Of a stretch of 64,000 nucleotides of DNA, positions 57,399 through 64,000 are shown one piece after another. The position numbers were made by a program, and so were the translations under genes. Below the pieces are notes generated by a model. It did not search any database, was not told the DNA's origin, and saw only the letters and a list, made by a program, of their open reading frames with translations. This DNA comes from an uncultured virus (IMG/VR IMGVR_UViG_3300037585_002406) (lineage: Duplodnaviria > Heunggongvirae > Uroviricota > Caudoviricetes > Crassvirales): IMG/VR virus record IMGVR_UViG_3300037585_002406. The stretch is one strand, 5' to 3'. Each line of letters starts with the position of its first letter. Within the stretch, counting starts at the first letter, position 1.

Positions 57399-60300
57399 AG
57401 GATTTGAATTTGAAACAACAAAGTATCTATGGGAAAACTTAGACCCATCATTCGGTTATGATAATTACATAACTGATCGCTATAGTTCAGACAACGACAT
57501 ATTAAATGAGGTACCGCCTCTGCTACCTACTGCTGAAGGTTTAGATGAATGGATGACGGAAAACGCTCCAGAAGAAATAGCTCCTCCAGATCAACTTTCT
57601 GAAGTGGAGCAGATGTCTCCGTTCTTGGTTAACATATACAACAGTAATGTTGAAGCGTATAAAAACAATTTAAACGCTCGTAATGAAGCGGTAAATAACT
57701 TTAATGAAAGCGTAGTAAACCCTTACAATGATTGGGTTGAGGATTATGACTCTGCAAGACAGAGAGTTATGAGGCAAGACCTTCAGGGTAGAAAAGCCTT
57801 AGAGGACATAAGGAGAAAGTCAACTCCAGAAAGCTATAATGAAATGATCAATAACCCTACTTTTGGGGTCTTAGATTTAGGGTTATTAAAGCTAAGAGAG
57901 AAGTCTGGGGTTTCTTTTAAAAACCCTGATGGAATTCTTATGACTAGAGGTGATGTTTTATTGTCTGATTTATATGAAGGTAGTGCTGATGAGTTAATTG
58001 CTATATTAGATGAAGAGGCAGCTTCTTTTAGAGAGCAGGGGCTTACTGAAATTGATGGTCAGATTGAACAACAAAGAGAGGAGGTTGAAAATAAAAAACC
58101 TAAAGGAGGGAAGCCTTACTTTGGTGCTCAAGCAAAATTAAAAGCTCTAGAAAAACAAAAAGAGGAATATTTAGCTGACGAGAGTCGCGGTAGAGATATA
58201 GCTGCACGTAAGTATTTTGAAAACCACGTTCTTGAAAACTTAGCTATGAGTGAGGATGAATGGATAAATGAAACGCTAGTATCTAAGGGTGTTGCCCCAG
58301 GATCAGGAGTAAGCACAGAGGAGCTTGGTTTTGGAACATACAAAGAGTACATACAGAATCTTGAAGCTAAGATATATGGCGATCTCCTGTATAATAAAGA
58401 AGCTTATGACTTTTCTGAAGATTTAGGCATGGATGGTTTCAAGCTGATACTTGACGATGATGTAGCTGTGGGTGATAGAAATAGTAGATGGACTGACGCA
58501 GCATTAAGTTGGAGACAGGGGGTTGTTCAGCTTGAAGGTATGATAGACGCTACAAACACTGCATTTCAAGAGGTGGAAGAACTCTCTCTTGTGGATCAGC
58601 AAGCTTTGCTTGATTCTGATGCCAGCTGGTGGAACAGATTAGCATCTAGCGCTTATGCTATAGCTTCACCATCCAGCCCATCATTAAAAGCTATTGATCA
58701 AGCTGTAGGGGCTGTTAGATATTTTACTGGTGAGGAAAGTGAAGAAACCGAATCTTTAAGAAACGCGTTGGCTGAAAGAGATGAGGAAAGAAATCAAAAG
58801 ATGTCCGAACTACAACAGCAATCTACTCAATATGCTGTTAATGCAAAGCAGTTAGATTTATTTGGATCTGATGCTATACTCAACGAAAATATACAGGTGG
58901 AAAATTTATCCGCTATGTACAATCAAGCTAAGAGGGATGTAGTGTTTAATGAAGAGATACAACCAGCAATAGCCTCATCACCTACATCTCTAGCTGTTAT
59001 GAGTGTTGCTGTAGCTACAGCACCTTTTACGGGGGGTAATAGTTTTGTTGCTGCAGGTGCCTCTGGTTTGACTATGGGCACTCTAGTTATGAATAGAACG
59101 TATTACGATAGTTTTACCAACCCTATATACTACGAAAAAAATGATGACGGAAGCACAAACTGGGATGCTCCTAAAATATCAGAGGTTGAGAGACACGGTA
59201 TGTCTTTCCTTCACGGAACGGCTGAAGGTCTTGGAGAGGGTGTAGGCACATATGTTACGTTTGGCATAGGTAAGTTTGCTCTCACTCCAGGTAGATTTAG
59301 CCCGTACAGCATGTTTAAGGGGGCTCCTAGCTTAACGGGTGCTACGCAATATTCTGCAGGTAGAAAAGCTTTAGACTACGGATTTGGAATGGCAACAAGT
59401 ATGGGTATAGGAGCTGGTGAAGAGTTTATAGCTGAAGGGGTTACTGGCGTTTCTCAGATGGCTATAGATTCTTATTTTTCTGGAGAGAAGTATACACGAG
59501 CTCAGTATGCTGAAAGGTTTATGAAGGATGGTAAAATAGGTGCGTGGGCTGGTCTGGGCATGGGTGGTGGAGCTTATACCATAGGATCTGGTAAAGCTTT
59601 GTACGAGAAGTATTACGCACCAGAGGTATTTAACTCAAGGGTTGTAGATGCTTATGACAATCAACTTACAAGTAGTGGATTCTTTTTCGACGGAGTAAGT
59701 AAGGTTAAATTAAAAAACCTTACAAAGCAGTTAGATATAATAAGAAGAGGCAACGCTGCTGGGACAAACTTAAAAGATCTTACAACAGAACAGAAGGAGG
59801 CTATAGATAAAGCAACAGAGTTGAGTGAGGAATTAAACACCGCTCAGGTTAGAGACCAGACGCTTTTAAAAGCATTAAGAGAGAACGGAAGAGGAGACTT
59901 AGTTGCGGAGCTTGTTGCTATGGATAATAGGCTTTTATTCTTAAAGTCTATGCTTGCTGAATATTCGCAAAATGAAGATGGTCAGTGGATGGATGCTGAT
60001 GGTAACCTTACAGACGATCCTACAAAGATGGAGCTGTACCAAATGAGCCTTGAACTTACAGATACGAAGAAGAAAGAGATGGGGGCTGAGATGACTTCCA
60101 TACTTTTAGAAGTGGAGAAGATAAGAGACGCTGCGGAAAACAATGCTGTACATTCACCAGACTATACCCCTAAAGACAGAGCTAAAGGTGTGGGTAATTG
60201 GAGAGATAATGCTGATCCTAATCAATACAATGAGGTTTCATTTAACGAGGAAACAAGTGAAGTAGTAGGCGACGTACCTAACGAGTTTTCAGACATTATA

Positions 60301-63300
60301 AATAGATATGCAGAAGCTGCAAAGGGGACCGCTAAAATCATAGTGCATAAAACAGAAAAATCATTTAGATTGGTGTCAGGATCGGATAGCTCAGATCTTG
60401 CTCAATACAGAGAAGCAAATCCAGAAGAGAGAAAAAACAAATATGTAGATGAGATACATGTTTACGCAGGAGAAAAGCAGACTAAACAAGGTTTAGAAAA
60501 AAACTTAATACATGAGTATGGTCACGTTGCACTTAGAGACATTGTAGCAGACACAGAGGCAAGAGAGAGACTTGTGTCTGAAATATTAAAAATAGATAAT
60601 GCAAAGGTACAGTCTATGGTAGAGGATGTAAGACAAACTTACCTAGACTATGAAAAAGATGCTCTTGAGACAGAGGTGATAGTAAACTTCATGGACCAAG
60701 TTGCTACCTTAGAGTTAAGTCAGTCTGATATAACCCAAGGATTTGAAGGGTGGGGTTTAGATATTATGCGTCAGGCTGGTAAGCTTGGACTAACAAGCAA
60801 TGAAGCGGTGCTTCGTGATAAGGACTCTGTTGTAAAACTTGCTTCTAAGTTTACAAACTTTGTAAGACAAAATGGAGGAATCACAGGTATAAGAACACCT
60901 AAGCAAGCTGAGGCTCTTAGGACGCAGAGACAGGCTGAAACTGCAATTGAGCAGGCAGATAGTTCTGATGCGGCTGGTATGGCGGCAAGAGAATTTAACT
61001 ACCTTAAAAACACAAAGATCTACTACAAAGAAGTTACATCTAGAGAAGGTAGAGATGGTATAACTAGAGTTACCTCTGTAAGAGAAAAGACTGCAGACCT
61101 TAGCGATTACAATCATTTTAGAAACCTATATGCTAAGATGACAGGTAACGGTGCTGCTCCTAGCAGAATGGAAGATATATACTTTGTGAAGGACGGTAGA
61201 AGATTTGATGTAAAGCCTCCAAGGCCTAAGACAGATAGACGGGGAAATATCTTACAGATGGAGGTTCCTAGGAGGATGACCTACAACGAAAGAAAACTTG
61301 CCAGAGCTCAAGAAACGCAGGAGTATACGGATATGCTGGCTCAAGAGAGGGCGGACCTTATGACGGAGGTTGGTGATCTTTGGAAAAATAATGATAAGAA
61401 CATTAGCTCTTATACCAACTTGTCTGACTTTAGCCCTACAGTAAGAGGGATGTTTGATGTAGGTCCTAGATCTAGAACTATAGAGCAAATAAATTCAGAC
61501 ATAGAAGATCAAGTTATTTCAAAGCAAAACATACAAGCTCTTATAGACTCCGAGATAACAGAAGATGATCTTAAGGCTCTAGCAGGTAGATTCACAAAAA
61601 TTGGCAGGAAGTCAAACCCTAGCATATTCAATATGAGTGGGTTGCGTAAAGAAGAAACACATGAGCAGAAAGCGGACCGCCTCACAAACGATATGGAAGG
61701 TAAAGGTTCTTTATGGCAACTACTACCAAAAGACTCACCATCTTATCAGAAACGTATACCTGATCTAAGATTAGCTACGCCTGCTGAACTGCAGTATGCA
61801 TCAGACAGATTTGATAGAATAGAGGATGAGCCTTTAGACGGTGACTTGCTTGATATCGACGCATCAGAACCTACAGGCTTAGCTGCAAGATCTATAAATT
61901 ATGACAAGAGAAAAGCTATATTTAAAGGTGTTACTGCTGAAAACTTTAATGATTTTGTAAACGGTAAAATAAAATCTGGTAGGATACAGAGCTTTGAAGA
62001 CCTTAAGAATTTAATGAGAGAGGCTAACATGCTTGACTCTACAGGAAAACTTCAAATGACTATTCACAATGTAGACAGAACAATGGTTGGTCCTGGATCA
62101 CTGCCCGTACATGGAGATGTTTTTAATTTCCATTTATCTGGTGGTCCTTTAGGAAACTCTGTTGGAGCTATGCAGGGCGCTAATGTTGGTCACAATACCA
62201 CAACAAGACAGTCTAGTATTAACATTACAACTTATGCAGATGTCGCAAAAAAAACCAACAAAACATATTTATTAGGACTTAGATTGCTTACAGAAAAAAA
62301 TAGTCTTGGTAATCCTCAAGTATTTAAGTTAGCTGTAAACTATACTTTAGAGTATTTAAAAAATGAAAAAACACCAGAGTCCACACAAGATTATCTAGTT
62401 GAAAGTTTAAATCGTTTCTTTAATAATAAATCTTACGTAGCTGGTTCAAGAAGCACTAAAAAAGGATCTGAACAAAAGGTAAGCTTACTAGGTAAAAAGT
62501 TTCAACCTTTCGGTGGGGTGGATGGCGTGACTATGCAAACTGGATCTATGCATATAAACTCTAGGCAAGGGTTATTTAATTTCTTAGAAGAAATATCAAA
62601 CGCATCTATAAATGAGATTACATCTAATGTCAGCTTTGAAGATAGAACTGCTCTATCAACAAGATTATTTAGGACTAAGGTGGGACTTGGAGCTCAACCT
62701 GGATTTGTAAATCAAGAGCAGTTTTTAGATGCGGTAAATCAAAGTGAGTATAAAGGTGTAGAAGCAGGAAGTGTTGTTAATGCAACACTAATGGACGTTA
62801 ACAATACAAACTTACATGGAATTAAAGGCGTATCAGGTCACTTACAGGGTGTTGGAGCTGATGCTCTTGCAGAGTCTACATCATACGATTTTGGGGTTAC
62901 TGGACATACAACAACATTTCATTTTGAAAAACCTCTGTCTAATGAAGCTACCAATAAGATGGCTGCTAGACAGCAAACTAGCGGTGAATACTTAGCTTCA
63001 CGTAGATTGCCAGGAAGGGTGTATGCAGAGGGTAACTCAACGTGGGAGAAGTCAACACCTACGGCTTACGGAGCTCAGATGCAGAGACTTGCTATAAAAT
63101 TACAGGATAGATTTAGCGATGTTTTATTGCTACAGCAGGACGTGGAGGAGTTTAGAGGTAGTAAAGTTCCTGAGTCTCAAGATTTTGAGATGGCTATGGA
63201 TCTGATGTATGGTAAAGTACGTACAGATTTAGAGGCTTTGGAGGGTAGATTAGAGCTTATAAACTTTGCTATGGAAGAGGCTGGATTGACGGCTGAGGAT

Positions 63301-64000
63301 GTATCAGATTATTTGTACGCTAAGCACGCAGAGGAGCGTAATAAAAAGATAGAGAAGACTAGGCCTGAAATGAAGAGCGGTTCTGGTATTACAACAGATG
63401 AAGCTGCCGAAATAATTGAAGAGTTGGAAAACCGTCAGATGGTAGCTATTTCTGAACTTATTTATGAGGTTATAGGTAATACGCGTAAGACGTTGGCTGA
63501 GTCTGGACTTGAAACTTCCGAGAGAGTAGAGGCTTGGGAGAACATGTACGAAAACTATGTACCTCTTAGTGGCTTGGCTGTAGATGAAGTGCAGGATGAT
63601 CATAATTCATACCCCACAGGCGGTGCTGGTATGGCGATCTACGGTAAAACTACAAAGGCAGCAAAGGGTAGAGCAAGCAAGACAGGTATAAATCTTATAG
63701 CAAATGTTATAATGCAGAACGCTATGGTTAACCAGAGGGCTCGTAAGAACCAGGCTATGATGTCTCTATACAATCAGGTTAAAAGCAATCCAAATGAAGA
63801 GGTTTGGAATATATTCTCTGTAAAAACCCCTATGAAGAAGACTGATGAGAAGGGTAATATAGTGGACATGAATGCATTTGAAATGAAGGCAGACAGGCGT
63901 ATGGTTCCTATTAGGGTTAACGGAGAACAACACTTTATCTTCTTTAAGAAGTCAGATTATGCCGATGCTTTAAACGGAATGACAGAGGAAAAATTAAACA
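57271..64000 (+). CDS. Giant polyvalent/ejection protein (>2240 aa, 3' truncated) with a zincin HExxH motif
   Basis: Frame opens at 57220. No stop was found in spot-check translations up to the window end, and the ORF is absent from the track as expected for an unterminated ORF. LIHEYGH at ~60505-60525. LQDRF, YLYAKHAEERN, YVPL and V..NGE motifs are typical of large polyvalent proteins. Confidence 0.8.
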   Translation, partial: MQEGGEVDPPLLDSQSAGTSSGFTLLPQTPNLESDIPEQTDPEGFEFETTKYLWENLDPSFGYDNYITDRYSSDNDILNEVPPLLPTAEGLDEWMTENAPEEIAPPDQLSEVEQMSPFLVNIYNSNVEAYKNNLNARNEAVNNFNESVVNPYNDWVEDYDSARQRVMRQDLQGRKALEDIRRKSTPESYNEMINNPTFGVLDLGLLKLREKSGVSFKNPDGILMTRGDVLLSDLYEGSADELIAILDEEAASFREQGLTEIDGQIEQQREEVENKKPKGGKPYFGAQAKLKALEKQKEEYLADESRGRDIAARKYFENHVLENLAMSEDEWINETLVSKGVAPGSGVSTEELGFGTYKEYIQNLEAKIYGDLLYNKEAYDFSEDLGMDGFKLILDDDVAVGDRNSRWTDAALSWRQGVVQLEGMIDATNTAFQEVEELSLVDQQALLDSDASWWNRLASSAYAIASPSSPSLKAIDQAVGAVRYFTGEESEETESLRNALAERDEERNQKMSELQQQSTQYAVNAKQLDLFGSDAILNENIQVENLSAMYNQAKRDVVFNEEIQPAIASSPTSLAVMSVAVATAPFTGGNSFVAAGASGLTMGTLVMNRTYYDSFTNPIYYEKNDDGSTNWDAPKISEVERHGMSFLHGTAEGLGEGVGTYVTFGIGKFALTPGRFSPYSMFKGAPSLTGATQYSAGRKALDYGFGMATSMGIGAGEEFIAEGVTGVSQMAIDSYFSGEKYTRAQYAERFMKDGKIGAWAGLGMGGGAYTIGSGKALYEKYYAPEVFNSRVVDAYDNQLTSSGFFFDGVSKVKLKNLTKQLDIIRRGNAAGTNLKDLTTEQKEAIDKATELSEELNTAQVRDQTLLKALRENGRGDLVAELVAMDNRLLFLKSMLAEYSQNEDGQWMDADGNLTDDPTKMELYQMSLELTDTKKKEMGAEMTSILLEVEKIRDAAENNAVHSPDYTPKDRAKGVGNWRDNADPNQYNEVSFNEETSEVVGDVPNEFSDIINRYAEAAKGTAKIIVHKTEKSFRLVSGSDSSDLAQYREANPEERKNKYVDEIHVYAGEKQTKQGLEKNLIHEYGHVALRDIVADTEARERLVSEILKIDNAKVQSMVEDVRQTYLDYEKDALETEVIVNFMDQVATLELSQSDITQGFEGWGLDIMRQAGKLGLTSNEAVLRDKDSVVKLASKFTNFVRQNGGITGIRTPKQAEALRTQRQAETAIEQADSSDAAGMAAREFNYLKNTKIYYKEVTSREGRDGITRVTSVREKTADLSDYNHFRNLYAKMTGNGAAPSRMEDIYFVKDGRRFDVKPPRPKTDRRGNILQMEVPRRMTYNERKLARAQETQEYTDMLAQERADLMTEVGDLWKNNDKNISSYTNLSDFSPTVRGMFDVGPRSRTIEQINSDIEDQVISKQNIQALIDSEITEDDLKALAGRFTKIGRKSNPSIFNMSGLRKEETHEQKADRLTNDMEGKGSLWQLLPKDSPSYQKRIPDLRLATPAELQYASDRFDRIEDEPLDGDLLDIDASEPTGLAARSINYDKRKAIFKGVTAENFNDFVNGKIKSGRIQSFEDLKNLMREANMLDSTGKLQMTIHNVDRTMVGPGSLPVHGDVFNFHLSGGPLGNSVGAMQGANVGHNTTTRQSSINITTYADVAKKTNKTYLLGLRLLTEKNSLGNPQVFKLAVNYTLEYLKNEKTPESTQDYLVESLNRFFNNKSYVAGSRSTKKGSEQKVSLLGKKFQPFGGVDGVTMQTGSMHINSRQGLFNFLEEISNASINEITSNVSFEDRTALSTRLFRTKVGLGAQPGFVNQEQFLDAVNQSEYKGVEAGSVVNATLMDVNNTNLHGIKGVSGHLQGVGADALAESTSYDFGVTGHTTTFHFEKPLSNEATNKMAARQQTSGEYLASRRLPGRVYAEGNSTWEKSTPTAYGAQMQRLAIKLQDRFSDVLLLQQDVEEFRGSKVPESQDFEMAMDLMYGKVRTDLEALEGRLELINFAMEEAGLTAEDVSDYLYAKHAEERNKKIEKTRPEMKSGSGITTDEAAEIIEELENRQMVAISELIYEVIGNTRKTLAESGLETSERVEAWENMYENYVPLSGLAVDEVQDDHNSYPTGGAGMAIYGKTTKAAKGRASKTGINLIANVIMQNAMVNQRARKNQAMMSLYNQVKSNPNEEVWNIFSVKTPMKKTDEKGNIVDMNAFEMKADRRMVPIRVNGEQHFIFFKKSDYADALNGMTEEKLN

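Noticed and set aside
1..64000. Stop-codon reassignment as in some crAss-like phages
   Set aside because: Genes are full-length in the standard code, TAG and TGA both end coupled genes, and no suppressor tRNA was seen.
57271..64000. Virion RNA polymerase as in Crassvirales
   Set aside because: No DxDxD catalytic context was noticed in the parts translated, and the motifs fit a polyvalent protein. The missing 3' part cannot be judged.

Overview
This window is about 64 kb of a tailed double-stranded DNA phage genome in the standard genetic code. The likely host is Bacteroidota (Flavobacteriia-like), inferred from repeated TAnnTTTG promoters, AT-rich start regions without Shine-Dalgarno sites, and a T9SS sorting domain. 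The structural module is podovirus/crAss-like. Layout: (1) 1-1207 (+): end of a lysis/accessory block with a holin-like gene, a thermonuclease and Hsp20. (2) 1236-8941 (-): replication and recombination genes (class II RNR, nucleases, primase-helicase, SSB, RecE-like exonuclease, annealing protein). (3) ~8976-15253 (-): many tiny early ORFs and two tRNA-like RNAs. (4) ~15310-16150: a non-coding divergence region with a long alternating purine-pyrimidine tract. (5) 16159-64000 (+): late/structural genes (GroES-like, terminase, portal, scaffold, major capsid, decoration proteins, tail rings, a split muzzle, ejection proteins, and a giant polyvalent protein that runs off the window). Most notable signals: a ~100-nt tRNA-mimic RNA whose loop is antisense to an AAACCAA...AUG motif shared by about 12 early-gene start regions; a second tRNA-mimic RNA; a phage-encoded T9SS cargo/outer-membrane barrel/thioredoxin-like cassette; a Gly-rich polyprotein punctuated by xxxGGxV motifs; a 19-bp 5'-3' panhandle around hsp20; leaderless-type late promoters; and a T10 slippage site at the start of the giant gene. 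All product calls come from motif recognition by eye; no searches were run.
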